Source: Alphaproteobacteria bacterium (GTDB lineage Bacteria > Pseudomonadota > Alphaproteobacteria > CAAHEQ01 > UBA3637). From it: 54,865 nucleotides of DNA. Under the pieces are notes generated by a model. That model did not search any database and was not told the DNA's origin. It saw only the letters and a program-made list of their open reading frames with translations. The stretch is from the NCBI GenBank assembly GCA_045532865.1, contig JAZSGT010000025.1, positions 1 to 54,865 of the forward strand. The letters run 5' to 3'. This document shows positions 26,576 through 36,758 of the stretch, in pieces (position 1 is the first letter of the stretch; every line of letters begins with the position of its first letter). A program made the translations under genes and the position numbers.

Positions 26576-27384
26576 AAATATTATTTTGTGGAGATGTTGT
26601 TGGCAGGGCTGGTCGCAAGCTTGTATTATCCTGTTTGCCAAAATTAAAAGAGCAATTAGGTTTAGATTTTATTATTGTGAATGGTGAAAATGCGGCACAT
26701 GGGTTTGGGATTAATCCTAAAATGTATAATGCTTTTTTAGAACATGGAGCAGATGTAATCACGCTTGGGAATCATTCTTTTGATAAACCGGATATTTTCC
26801 CAATTTTGGAGGAGGCTGATAATATTGTAAGACCGATGAATTATCCTGAAAATACAGTGGGAAAAGGTTTTTGTATTGTTAAAAGTGCTTCAGGTGTTCG
26901 AGTTGCTGTTGTGCAATTATTGGGAAGTGTTTTTATGCGTTCAGTTGAAAGTCCATTTCAATCAATTCAAAATTGGCTGCAAAAATATAAAAAAGGGCAG
27001 GATTATGATGTGTTGGTTGTTGATTTTCATGCAGAGGCAACAGCCGAAAAGGTTGCTCTTGGGCACTATTTAGATGGGCATGCATCTTTGGTTGTGGGAA
27101 CGCATACACATATTCCAACTGCAGATGCGCATGTTTTATCTTCTGGAACAGCTTATATTTCCGATATTGGGATGTGTGGAGATTATGATTCTGTTATTGG
27201 AATGAAAAAGGAACTTGCTTTTCCAAGATTTCTGGGTGGGGACAAAAAAGGTCGTTTAGAACCAGCTGAGAAAAATGCAACATTTTGTGCTGTTTGCGCA
27301 GATATTGATGAAAAAACAGGTCGTGCGAGAGAAATTTTTCCAGTTCGAATTGGGCAAACGCTTGAAAATACGCACGAAGTGTGA
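26572..27384 (+). CDS. YmdB-like metallophosphoesterase (2',3'-cyclic-nucleotide phosphodiesterase family)
   Basis: 270 aa (MKILFCGDVVGRAGR...VNGENAAHGFGI...DFHAEATAEK...GTHTHIPTAD). Confidence 0.85.
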   Translation: MKILFCGDVVGRAGRKLVLSCLPKLKEQLGLDFIIVNGENAAHGFGINPKMYNAFLEHGADVITLGNHSFDKPDIFPILEEADNIVRPMNYPENTVGKGFCIVKSASGVRVAVVQLLGSVFMRSVESPFQSIQNWLQKYKKGQDYDVLVVDFHAEATAEKVALGHYLDGHASLVVGTHTHIPTADAHVLSSGTAYISDIGMCGDYDSVIGMKKELAFPRFLGGDKKGRLEPAEKNATFCAVCADIDEKTGRAREIFPVRIGQTLENTHEV

Positions 27385-27425
27385 TATAAGTATAGATATT
27401 TTAAATATTAATTAAGGAAGAAATT

Positions 27426-28178
27426 ATGGCAGGACATTCACAGTTTAAAAATATTATGTATCGTAAGGGCGCTCAAGACAAAATGCGCGCAAAAATTTTT
27501 TCAAAACTTGCTCGTGAAATTACAGTAGCAGCTAAGCAAGGTGGTGGCGATCCAGCATCTAACCCAAGATTGCGTTTGGCTATTCAAACAGCTCGTTCTG
27601 AAAATATGCCAAAAGACAATATTGAACGTGCTATTTTAAAGGGAACTCAAGGAACAGATACTTCAAACTATGAAGAAGTTCGCTATGAAGGAATGGGGCC
27701 TGGAAAAGTTTCTGTTATTGTTGAAGCCTTAACAGATAATCGTGCTAGAACAGCTCCTGTATTACGTTCACTATTTTCAAAAAATGGTGGTGCATTGGGT
27801 GAAACAGGATCTGTAACATTCAATTTTGAACGTATTGGTTATATTGAATATCCAGTAGCAGTTGGAACTCCAGATGCTATTTTTGAAGCGGCATTAGATG
27901 CAGGTGCTGATGATGTTGTTTCAACAGATGAAACGCATGAAATTACATGCCAACCTGATGATTTGGCTGCTGTTCGTGATGTTTTAGAAGGCAAACTTGG
28001 TACACCAAATGTTGCAAGACGTGATTGGAAACCAATGGTTCAAAAAGAAATTACTGATTTAGAAACAGCACAAAAATTAATGAAGTTTATTGATCTTTTA
28101 AATGAAGATGATGATGTTCAACGTGTGATTACAAACGCTGATATTTCAGAAGAAATAATGGCTCAGTTAGGAGAATAA
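27426..28178 (+). CDS. yebC: YebC/PmpR-family transcriptional regulator
   Basis: 250 aa with an [19 protein letters not shown]-terminus. It is upstream of ruvC, as in many bacteria. Confidence 0.92.
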   Translation: MAGHSQFKNIMYRKGAQDKMRAKIFSKLAREITVAAKQGGGDPASNPRLRLAIQTARSENMPKDNIERAILKGTQGTDTSNYEEVRYEGMGPGKVSVIVEALTDNRARTAPVLRSLFSKNGGALGETGSVTFNFERIGYIEYPVAVGTPDAIFEAALDAGADDVVSTDETHEITCQPDDLAAVRDVLEGKLGTPNVARRDWKPMVQKEITDLETAQKLMKFIDLLNEDDDVQRVITNADISEEIMAQLGE

Positions 28179-28180
28179 AC

Positions 28181-28681
28181 ATGGTTCGAATCTTAGGGCT
28201 TGACCCAGGATTGAGACATACCGGATGGGGAGTCATTGAAAAAGATGGCTCCCGTTTGCGTTTTATAGCAGCAGGTGTGATTAACCCAGATGATAAAAAC
28301 GAGTTAAGTACAAGATTAAGTGAGCTTCATGTAGATTTAAAAAAAGTGATTGAAGCTTATGAACCAGATGAAGCTGCTGTTGAAGAAACGTTTGTGAATA
28401 AAAATCCAAATTCAACGTTAAAATTGGGCCAAGCAAGAGGTGTTGTTTTGTTAACTCCAGCTTTATATGAAATTCCCGTTGCTGAGTATACACCAAATCA
28501 AATAAAAAAAATGGTTGTTGGTGTGGGTCATGCTGATAAAAAGCAAGTAGATATGATGGTTCGAACACTTTTAAAATCTGTGCCAGAAAAAATTCCACCA
28601 GATGCAGCTGATGCCCTTGCAATTTCTTTGTGTCATAGTTTTTTAAGACCCGTAACATTGAAAAAAATGATGGAGAAATAG
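28181..28681 (+). CDS. ruvC: Holliday junction resolvase RuvC
   Basis: 166 aa (ILGLDPGLRHTGWGVI...EAAVEETFVNKNPNSTLKLGQARG...DAADALAI). Confidence 0.92.
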   Translation: MVRILGLDPGLRHTGWGVIEKDGSRLRFIAAGVINPDDKNELSTRLSELHVDLKKVIEAYEPDEAAVEETFVNKNPNSTLKLGQARGVVLLTPALYEIPVAEYTPNQIKKMVVGVGHADKKQVDMMVRTLLKSVPEKIPPDAADALAISLCHSFLRPVTLKKMMEK

Positions 28682-28683
28682 TA

Positions 28684-29211
28684 ATGAAAATTATTAAAAA
28701 ACCTTCTACTCATTTTGATGAAAGAAAATCAGAAATTGATATGATTGTTTTTCATGCAACAGCAACAAATTCAATTGATGAAACTCTTTCTATTTTTATT
28801 GAAAAAGAAGATGGTGGACGTGTTAGTTCCCATTATGTAATTGATAGAGATGGGACGATTTATCAAGTTATTCCCGAAGATAAAAGAGCATGGCATGCTG
28901 GGGTATCTTCTTGGGGAGATATTAAAGAAGATATCAATTCTCATTCCATTGGAATTGAGTTTCAGTGTCCGGCTTTGGGAGAAAGAAGTTTTCAAGATTT
29001 TTCTTTTGAACAAATTCAATCTGGCACAAAATTGTGTGCAGACATTATGAAACGATATAAAATTAAGCCTGAAAATGTTGTTGCACATTCAGATATTGCG
29101 CCAGATAGGAAGTTTGACCCAGGTGAAACGTTCCCTTGGGAAGAATTTTGCAAATTAGGATTAGCAACAAATCCAGCTCGTAGGCCAATGTTAACAAAAA
29201 CAAAATTATAG
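28684..29211 (+). CDS. ampD: N-acetylmuramoyl-L-alanine amidase, AmpD-like (Amidase_2)
   Basis: 175 aa (HYVIDRDGTIYQVIPEDKRAWHAG...NSHSIGIEF...VVAHSDIAPDRKFDPG). Confidence 0.85.
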   Translation: MKIIKKPSTHFDERKSEIDMIVFHATATNSIDETLSIFIEKEDGGRVSSHYVIDRDGTIYQVIPEDKRAWHAGVSSWGDIKEDINSHSIGIEFQCPALGERSFQDFSFEQIQSGTKLCADIMKRYKIKPENVVAHSDIAPDRKFDPGETFPWEEFCKLGLATNPARRPMLTKTKL

Positions 29212-29227
29212 TAAAGGATCACAAAAA

Positions 29228-30208
29228 ATGTTAGACGCGCTATCACACTTATCAACAGGAGCAATGTGGTTTGTTTTTGCTCTGATTGTTTTTACAATTT
29301 TATTTTTAGATTTGTTTGTTTTTCATAAAAAATCTGATACACCTTCAATGAAGGGCACGTTAAAAATTTGCTTGTCATATATGGCTGTTTCATTGCTTTT
29401 TGGTTTGTTTGTTTTGTATGAAAAAGGTTTAGATATTGGTATGCTTTTTTATACAGGTTATCTTGTAGAATTTAGTTTGTCTATGGATAATATTTTTGTG
29501 ATTTCATTGGTGTTTACCTCATTAAGCATTCCAGCAATTTATCAACATAGAGTTTTGTTTTGGGGTGTTTTAGGTGCGATAGTTATGCGTGCTATTATGA
29601 TTTTGGTAGGTGCGCAGTTAGTTAGTCAATTCCATTGGGTGTTGTATCTTTTCTCTGCATTTTTAATTTATACTGGAGCAAAAATGTTAAAAGAAACGAT
29701 GAAAGATGATGATGAAGAAACAAAGGATACAGAAGCTTCAGAAGGAAAAATGCTTTCATTTATGAAGAAATGGATTCCAATGACAAATAAATTGCATGAA
29801 GAACATTTCTTTATCAAAGAAGCAGGAAAATGGGTGGCTACACCTTTGTTTTTAGCATTGGTTATTATTGAAACAATGGATGTTATTTTTGCAATAGATA
29901 GTATTCCTGCAATTTTCTTAATTACACAAGATGTTTTTGTTGTTTATACAAGTAATATTTTTGCAATTTTGGGTTTACGTTCACTTTATTTCTTATTAGC
30001 ACAAGCAGTGACAAAATTTGTTTATTTAAAACATGCATTGTCATTTGTTTTAATTTTTATTGGTTCAAAGATTTTCTTACCTTATATTGGATTAAAAGTT
30101 ACAACAAGTATTTCTTTAATTGTAACATTTGGTATTTTAGCATTAGGGATTGCACTTTCTCTTTATAAAACGAGAAATCTTGATAATAATGCTGTTGAGA
30201 AATTATAA
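29228..30208 (+). CDS. TerC-family integral membrane protein
   Basis: 326 aa and polytopic, with TerC-like DNIFVI and MDVIFAIDSIPA repeat motifs. Confidence 0.85.
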   Translation: MLDALSHLSTGAMWFVFALIVFTILFLDLFVFHKKSDTPSMKGTLKICLSYMAVSLLFGLFVLYEKGLDIGMLFYTGYLVEFSLSMDNIFVISLVFTSLSIPAIYQHRVLFWGVLGAIVMRAIMILVGAQLVSQFHWVLYLFSAFLIYTGAKMLKETMKDDDEETKDTEASEGKMLSFMKKWIPMTNKLHEEHFFIKEAGKWVATPLFLALVIIETMDVIFAIDSIPAIFLITQDVFVVYTSNIFAILGLRSLYFLLAQAVTKFVYLKHALSFVLIFIGSKIFLPYIGLKVTTSISLIVTFGILALGIALSLYKTRNLDNNAVEKL

Positions 30209-31450
30209 AAATGATTCTGTTAAAGATAAAAACGAATCGATAATTTCATTTTCAAATGGGTGGTTTTTGTTTTTTAGTACAAATCGCCCATTTATACATA
30301 CATCTGAAACACAAGATGAGTCGAGACTATATACACAGTGTGATTTTAAAAATTTAATAGGTTGTGTGAGGGTGTTTCTTGTATCAATGAAAATAAAATC
30401 AGCTAATGCACCTTCTTTAATAACTCCAGAATTTAATCCTAAAAATTCAGCAGGTGTTTGTTGAGCCATTTTTAAAATATTTGAAACTGGCGCAGCAGTT
30501 ATATCATGGGATTCCCCTTTGGCAGAAAGAGCGGCAACCTTCATTTCTGAAAACATACTTAATGCATTGTTTGAAGAAGCGCCATCTGTTCCAAGAGCAA
30601 CTTTTAATCCTTTTTTAAGATATGTATTTAAAGGCATTTGACCAGAATTTAGCTTTAAATTCGAAATCGGGCAATGTGCAATTAAACAGCCTCTTTCTTT
30701 AATAATGTTTTGATCTTCATCATTAAGCCATACGCAATGAGCGAGAATGGTTTTGGGTGTTAACAATCCAAGTTTATCTAAATATTTTGTTGGTGTTAGA
30801 CCTGTTTTTTCAATACAGTCAAAAACCTCTTTTTCAGTTTCTGATAAATGGATGTGTAAATAAGTATTATGTTTTTTTGCTAAATCTCGGCTAAATTGTA
30901 ATAGTTCTTTTGAAACAGTATAAACAGCATGGCAGGCAATGGTTTTGATAACTTGTTTGCAGGAACAGGGGGTTTGAATAAATTTAGTCATATCCTTTTT
31001 CTTTTGTGTTGTTTTTTGAGGATCAAACAAATCCATGGCAACACATGAAACAAGACCTCTAACGCCCATTTCATCAATGGCACGAATGGTTTCATCCATA
31101 AAGAAATACATATCATTGAAGAGAACTGTTCCACTTTTTATCATCTCCAAAATCGCCATACGTGAAGCAATATAAACATGTTCACTTGTTAATTTTTCTT
31201 CTCGTGGCCAAATGTCATTTTGTAACCAATTAAATAAATCTTTATCTTCACCAATTCCTCTTAAAAGAACCATAGGTGAGTGGGTGTGCATATTATAAAA
31301 AGCAGGAAGAATGGCTTTACCTTCTGCTTGAATAATTTCATCTGAAAGTGCTGTTGGAATGTGATCTGCAATTTTTTCAATTTTATTTTTATGAATTAAA
31401 ATATCCACAGGTTTGTTGTCTAATAATATATGTCTAATTAAGATTGACAT
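30203..31450 (-). CDS. Amidohydrolase-superfamily deaminase (MtaD / chlorohydrolase-like)
   Basis: 415 aa (NMHTHSPMVLLRGIGEDKDLFNWLQNDIWPRE, HLSETEKE, LGTDGASSNN). Confidence 0.7.
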   Translation of the reverse strand: MSILIRHILLDNKPVDILIHKNKIEKIADHIPTALSDEIIQAEGKAILPAFYNMHTHSPMVLLRGIGEDKDLFNWLQNDIWPREEKLTSEHVYIASRMAILEMIKSGTVLFNDMYFFMDETIRAIDEMGVRGLVSCVAMDLFDPQKTTQKKKDMTKFIQTPCSCKQVIKTIACHAVYTVSKELLQFSRDLAKKHNTYLHIHLSETEKEVFDCIEKTGLTPTKYLDKLGLLTPKTILAHCVWLNDEDQNIIKERGCLIAHCPISNLKLNSGQMPLNTYLKKGLKVALGTDGASSNNALSMFSEMKVAALSAKGESHDITAAPVSNILKMAQQTPAEFLGLNSGVIKEGALADFIFIDTRNTLTQPIKFLKSHCVYSLDSSCVSDVCINGRFVLKNKNHPFENEIIDSFLSLTESFL

Positions 31451-31474
31451 TTTTAAGCCCTTTCAGTAAAATAC

Positions 31475-33103
31475 ATGCAAGTTTTTATTATACAGGATAT
31501 TGGAATAATGTCAAATTTGTTTTCAGCCGTTGGATATATCTTTTTAATTGGTTTTTTGCCTCTTTTTTATACTTTTTTTAGGTCATTAAAACAGGCAAAT
31601 TTAAAAAACAAACAATTTTATCAATTGTTCTTAAAAGATGTTGCTCGGACATTTCCAGTTTGTTTTTTGGTTTTGCTTCCTGTTTTTGTTATACCTCAGT
31701 ATTTGAAGGTATATTTATATATAATTCATTTTATTTTTATGCCTTTGATGTTTTTAGAATTAGGGCATATCTTTTTATTTAAAACACGGATTGGATTGAA
31801 TACTTTTTTCACATTGTTTGTTTCAAATATGAAAGAAACAAAAGAGTTTTTAACACAAAACATTCCACCGGTTCTTTTTTTGTTGGGTGTTTTGTTTTTG
31901 TGTTTGCCAGTATTCTTTTTGTGCAAAATAGAGGCTTTTTCTTTTTCTTTAAGCACACAGATTATGGGAAGTTTAATCTGTGTGCTTTTAAGTATTCCTT
32001 TTATTAGAAACTTGTTTAAAACAGGGTTTAAATTTAAAGATGGTTATGTTTTGAATCCATATAGTAACGTTATATATCATTTTTTTGAATATAAAAAAAC
32101 ATATGGAGAATTAAAAAAGATATTGGCAAAAAACACATCAAAACCTTTTGAAAAAATTCAAACAGATTTGATGGAAACAGAACCTGAAACGTATATTGTT
32201 ATTATTGGAGAATCTGCTAATAGAAGCCATTTATCATTATATGGGTATGAACGAGAAACGACGCCTTTTTCAAATAAAAGAAAAGAAGAGTTATTTGTTT
32301 TTGACAATGTTGTTTCGCCTTTTGCACAAACAATGCCTGTTCTTGAAAAAGTTTTAACATTTGCAGACAAAGAGCATCCTGAATTTTTAACACAGAAAGG
32401 GACAATTGTTGACTTTTTTAAGCAAGCAGGATTTAAAACATATTGGTTATCAAATCAATATGCTTTATCAGATACTTTGGTAACAGCTATATCTTCTCAT
32501 GCAGATTGGGAAAAGTCATATAATTTTAGTGGGATGAAACGTTTTGAAAAAACAGGTTTTGATGGGGATATGATTCCCGATATTGAAAAAATAATTCAAG
32601 ATAAATCTGTTCTTAAAAAAGTTATTTTTGTTCATTTAATTGGATCACATTCTGCTTATACAAATAGATATCCTGCAGAGTGGGCTTTTTTTAAAGAGAA
32701 TTTGCCACATAAAAATTTATCTACACAAGGTCATATATTGCTCAATGCATATGATGATAGTATTCGCTATACGGATTATGTTGTAAACAAAATTATAGAT
32801 GTTTTAAAAGAGGAAAATATCGTTTCATATTGTCTTTATTTTAGCGATCATGGAGAAGATGTTTTTGATACGACAACACGAAAAATTTTAGGCCATTCAG
32901 AACTTGCAAATATGCCGATGACAAGTGTTCCATTTTTTGTATGGACATCATCGAAATATGCAGAAAAAAGAGCTCTTATTCAATCAAATTTGATAAAAAA
33001 TAAAGATGTTCCTTATAACACAGAAAACGTTATTCATACAATTACACGATTAGCAGGTTTGATGAATGAAGATGTATCTAAAGAAAAAAGTTTGGCAGAT
33101 TAA
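31475..33103 (+). CDS. Phosphoethanolamine transferase, EptA/CptA-like (sulfatase family)
   Basis: 542 aa with N-terminal TM helices followed by IVIIGESANRSHLSLYGYERETTPF and HLIGSHSAYTNRYP. An alternative start is the ATG at 31508. Confidence 0.8.
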   Translation: MQVFIIQDIGIMSNLFSAVGYIFLIGFLPLFYTFFRSLKQANLKNKQFYQLFLKDVARTFPVCFLVLLPVFVIPQYLKVYLYIIHFIFMPLMFLELGHIFLFKTRIGLNTFFTLFVSNMKETKEFLTQNIPPVLFLLGVLFLCLPVFFLCKIEAFSFSLSTQIMGSLICVLLSIPFIRNLFKTGFKFKDGYVLNPYSNVIYHFFEYKKTYGELKKILAKNTSKPFEKIQTDLMETEPETYIVIIGESANRSHLSLYGYERETTPFSNKRKEELFVFDNVVSPFAQTMPVLEKVLTFADKEHPEFLTQKGTIVDFFKQAGFKTYWLSNQYALSDTLVTAISSHADWEKSYNFSGMKRFEKTGFDGDMIPDIEKIIQDKSVLKKVIFVHLIGSHSAYTNRYPAEWAFFKENLPHKNLSTQGHILLNAYDDSIRYTDYVVNKIIDVLKEENIVSYCLYFSDHGEDVFDTTTRKILGHSELANMPMTSVPFFVWTSSKYAEKRALIQSNLIKNKDVPYNTENVIHTITRLAGLMNEDVSKEKSLAD

Positions 33104-34110
33104 TGTGTTTTTTCTTTTAATAGCTTAGTAATAAAGTGGTATTTTCTCATAAAAATAATGAGTTGAAAGAGTTTTCTTGTTAAGTCAAAAGATATAGACC
33201 TTTGTTTTGAAAATACTTTTTTCATTTTTTGAAGCGCAAAAGAATTAAGACCTACTATCCATTTTTCATAAGGATATGAAAATTCGGTGGTGAGTATATC
33301 AATGCATTTAATTAATGAGTTTTTAGAAGGATAGAAAAAGTGCTGTCTGGCTGTTAGGCATAGTGCAAAACGAAGCAAGTCTTCTGTTGCGTATCCATAA
33401 CCAACATCTTCAAAGTCTAAGAAAGATAGGAGTTTATTTTCTTTAAAAAGGATATTGTTATGATGAAAATCACCGTGAATAATATCTTTTTGTTTTTCAT
33501 CAATTTTTAAAAATGATTCTCCTATTTTTTGAAGTTCTTTTTGGCACATTTTTAACAAAAAATTGGATAATGAAAAAGGATTTGTTTTTGCAAGCATAAT
33601 AGTGCAATTTTTTAAATAAGATTCTTGAAGTGTTTTAAAGTTATATGCAGGAATGAGAAGTTCTTTATCATTAAAAGAAATTTTTTGAAAATTTTTATAT
33701 GTATTCAAAATTTCAAACAAGTGTTTTTTTTGTACTTTATAAGAAGGTAAGGATCTTCCTTCAACAAACTCTAAAACAAAACCATAATTGTTTTTGTAAT
33801 TAAAAATAAGTTGCCCTTGCAGCGGAATTACTTTGGCAGTTGGAATATTTTGATCTGAAAGGATGTTGATAATTTTAACAAGTCGTTCGACGCCTGATTT
33901 TTGATGTTTCCATGCCAATTTGACAAGATATTTTTTGTTTTTTAGTGTTACCAAATAATTAAACGACGATGCACCACGTTTAAATTGATAAATGGATTCA
34001 ACGGGAGTTTTAAAAATATTATTAGATAAAAATTGAACAAGATCATTTAATTGGGGTATATCTTTTTTTCTCATGAAATATAAACCTCTGTTTTTCTTTC
34101 TATTTAGCAT
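33100..34110 (-). CDS. Phosphotransferase-family kinase (APH / choline-ethanolamine kinase-like)
   Basis: 336 aa with IIHGDFHHNNILF and DFEDVGYGYATEDL catalytic-loop motifs. Confidence 0.75.
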   Translation of the reverse strand: MLNRKKNRGLYFMRKKDIPQLNDLVQFLSNNIFKTPVESIYQFKRGASSFNYLVTLKNKKYLVKLAWKHQKSGVERLVKIINILSDQNIPTAKVIPLQGQLIFNYKNNYGFVLEFVEGRSLPSYKVQKKHLFEILNTYKNFQKISFNDKELLIPAYNFKTLQESYLKNCTIMLAKTNPFSLSNFLLKMCQKELQKIGESFLKIDEKQKDIIHGDFHHNNILFKENKLLSFLDFEDVGYGYATEDLLRFALCLTARQHFFYPSKNSLIKCIDILTTEFSYPYEKWIVGLNSFALQKMKKVFSKQRSISFDLTRKLFQLIIFMRKYHFITKLLKEKTH

Positions 34111-34203
34111 AGATTTTATAAAAAAATCAAGGAAGACTTTTACATATTGTTTTTTTATAAAATATTATGTAAAGTGAAAGAAGATTTTTAATGGAGGTTT
34201 TTT

Positions 34204-34797
34204 ATGTTTGAAGAGTTAGAAAGCATTCGTCAACAATGTTTAAATTGTCAAAAATGTCCATTGGGAAAAACAAGAACAAACATTGTTTTTTCAGATGGGA
34301 TTCCGAACTCAAATATTGTGTTGATTGGTGAAGCTCCTGGAGCAAATGAAGATTTGCAAGGAAAACCCTTTGTTGGACGAGCAGGTCAGTTGCTTGATAA
34401 AATATTCGAATCGGTTGGATTGTCTCGTGAAAAAGATGTTTATATTTGTAATACATTAAAGTGTCGCCCTCCTGAAAACAGAGATCCTCTACCAGAAGAA
34501 AAAAAGGCTTGTCGTTTTTATTTAGACGAACAACTTCGCATTTTAAAACCAAAAATTATATTGCTTTGTGGTCGTGTGGCATTGACCTCTTTTTTACCAG
34601 AAGCTGGCGCAATTTCAAAGATAAGAGGAAAGTGGTTTGATGGTCCTTATGGTTCAAAAATGATGCCGATATTTCATCCATCATACTTGTTGAGAAACCC
34701 TATTGCAAGACCGGGATCTCCTAAAGCACTTATGTGGGAAGATATACAAGAAATTAAAAAAAGATACGATGAAATTAAATTAGACGCATCAAAATAA
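34204..34797 (+). CDS. Uracil-DNA glycosylase, family 4
   Basis: 197 aa with a CxxC...C N-terminus, GEAPGANED, GKPFVGRAGQLL and HPSYLLRN. Confidence 0.9.
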   Translation: MFEELESIRQQCLNCQKCPLGKTRTNIVFSDGIPNSNIVLIGEAPGANEDLQGKPFVGRAGQLLDKIFESVGLSREKDVYICNTLKCRPPENRDPLPEEKKACRFYLDEQLRILKPKIILLCGRVALTSFLPEAGAISKIRGKWFDGPYGSKMMPIFHPSYLLRNPIARPGSPKALMWEDIQEIKKRYDEIKLDASK

Positions 34798-35784
34798 AAA
34801 TTTCAAAACTTTTTTTGCAAGAGAAAGTTTGTTCTTAACCAGTGCAAGAATGATTAATTTTTGGAGTAAGGATAAACTTAATCCTTGTAACATATCATAT
34901 TGTTTAATTTCCAAAATCAGATTAATCAATTGTTGATTGATACAAATCAATGTGCTTTCTGGTGTATGTAAAACAACGTGTTTTAAAGCATTGAAAAAAT
35001 CTTGAGAACACTTTCTTTTTAAAACAATGGCATTGTATCCATTAATACGACCTGATTCAAGAAAGTATGCATATTCAAAAATAATTCTTTCTTTTAAATT
35101 ATTAAGTGTTTCAAAAGAGGATATAGATGGAATGTGAGCTTCTTTTCTGCAAAGATAAAGAGGGTATTTAATGTAAACATTATCTTTGATTAAGGAATAG
35201 AATTGTTCCATAAAAAAGTATGGAGCAAATTCTTTTAAATTTGTGTGAAATTTAAGATATGAAATTGTTTCAGCATCAAAGACCTTTCCTTCTAATTTTC
35301 CATTAATTTGAAAAGGGTTTTCTTGCCAAAGATCTGCTAACAAATTTTGATTTTTCTTCTTCAATACACTCTTGTCAAAAGGGATTGGTTGTTTTTGTTT
35401 TTTTGATACCTTTGAGGTTGAAAAATAAAAAGGATTTGATGTTGCAATTTTGGAATGTGTATATCTTAATGCATCAATAAAAATATCTAAGGCTTGAACA
35501 TGAAGTATGTCTGTATCATTCAAAAATAGAACATATTTACCTTTAACGTGATAAAGCGCTTCATTATAACAATCATATTTTGTTAAGGGTGTATTTTGTG
35601 TTTTAATTAATTTAAAACGAGAATCTTTTTTTGTAAGAGTAGAAAGAAAAGAATATTCTTCTTGATCTTGTTTAACACATAAGCACTCAAAATCACTAAA
35701 AGATTGCAAAGTTAAACTTTCTAAACATAAATTTGCAATATTTTCAGTACTATTTAGAGCGATGATAACGGTTATTTTAGGCAC
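34789..35784 (-). CDS. Glycosyltransferase family 2-like protein (divergent)
   Basis: 331 aa. N-terminal ITVIIALNSTENIANLCLESLTLQSFSDFECLCV resembles the GT2 fold. The match is weak. Confidence 0.55.
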   Translation of the reverse strand: MPKITVIIALNSTENIANLCLESLTLQSFSDFECLCVKQDQEEYSFLSTLTKKDSRFKLIKTQNTPLTKYDCYNEALYHVKGKYVLFLNDTDILHVQALDIFIDALRYTHSKIATSNPFYFSTSKVSKKQKQPIPFDKSVLKKKNQNLLADLWQENPFQINGKLEGKVFDAETISYLKFHTNLKEFAPYFFMEQFYSLIKDNVYIKYPLYLCRKEAHIPSISSFETLNNLKERIIFEYAYFLESGRINGYNAIVLKRKCSQDFFNALKHVVLHTPESTLICINQQLINLILEIKQYDMLQGLSLSLLQKLIILALVKNKLSLAKKVLKFLF

Positions 35785-35793
35785 GAATATCTC

Positions 35794-36750
35794 CTATTTA
35801 AATAAATTCTTTATATGTTGAACAATTTCAGAAGAAGGATTGAATCCTCCTTTTACAGATTTGATTGGGCTTCCAGAAGGGAGTGCATATCCTTTTTCAA
35901 AAAGAGTCTTGTGGAATCGTTTATGCTTTTCACTCATCATGTCATTTGGTGCAAAAATAAAAACAGGAACATCTGTTGCACAACATTCAGAACACATAGA
36001 CATTGAATCTCCAGTCACCATAATCATATCTGCACATGCAATTAATCCAAAATATGGATTTTCAGTTTTGTCACCAAATTGATAGAAAAAGGTTGTTTCT
36101 TCTGGTAAATTTTGTTTTAAAAATTGAGTTACTTCAGCTGGTGTTCTTCTTGAAGTTGTAACCATAACACTTTTAGGGGAGAGCTTTAAAACATCATTTA
36201 ATAATGTTTTTGCCATATCAAGAGTGAATGGTTTATTTTTTGTTGCGCCACCTACAATTAAAGAAAGGCGAGGGGTTGGATATTTTTTAAAAATAGGTTC
36301 CCATTTTTGCTTTTCTTCAACAAGTCGCTCAGGAGTGATTCTGTGAGGCGTTCCAATGGTTAAAAGAACGTTTTTTTGTGTTCCCTTGTATTGATCATGA
36401 ACGGGCAAAATCACTAAATCTGCTTCATTAAAATAAGCTTTTCCAGGTCCCATCAATTGAATGATTTTTGTTTTGTTTTGGGACATTTTTTTTACCCACA
36501 AAGCGACAGGGAAAGAACGTCTTCCAGCACTCAAGATCAAATCTGGATAATTGTTTGTTTTTAATGTTTCTTGAGATTCTTTTGTAAGACCAATAAGAGA
36601 CTTTCCTCGAACAAAATTAGGTAATTTAACCCATTTTGTATATCTGATATCTTTTCTTTCAAAAGGGAATTTTAAACATTCAACAATTCCAAGGAGTTGG
36701 TTAACATTTCCCATTCTGTCGTCTGCAAGAATCCAAACTGTTTTATTCAT
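35794..36750 (-). CDS. ELM1/DUF1022-family protein (putative glycosyltransferase-like)
   Basis: 318 aa. VWILADDRMGNVNQLLGI and the overall length resemble the bacterial Mito_fiss_Elm1 family. Confidence 0.65.
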   Translation of the reverse strand: MNKTVWILADDRMGNVNQLLGIVECLKFPFERKDIRYTKWVKLPNFVRGKSLIGLTKESQETLKTNNYPDLILSAGRRSFPVALWVKKMSQNKTKIIQLMGPGKAYFNEADLVILPVHDQYKGTQKNVLLTIGTPHRITPERLVEEKQKWEPIFKKYPTPRLSLIVGGATKNKPFTLDMAKTLLNDVLKLSPKSVMVTTSRRTPAEVTQFLKQNLPEETTFFYQFGDKTENPYFGLIACADMIMVTGDSMSMCSECCATDVPVFIFAPNDMMSEKHKRFHKTLFEKGYALPSGSPIKSVKGGFNPSSEIVQHIKNLFK

Positions 36751-36758
36751 GTCAACTC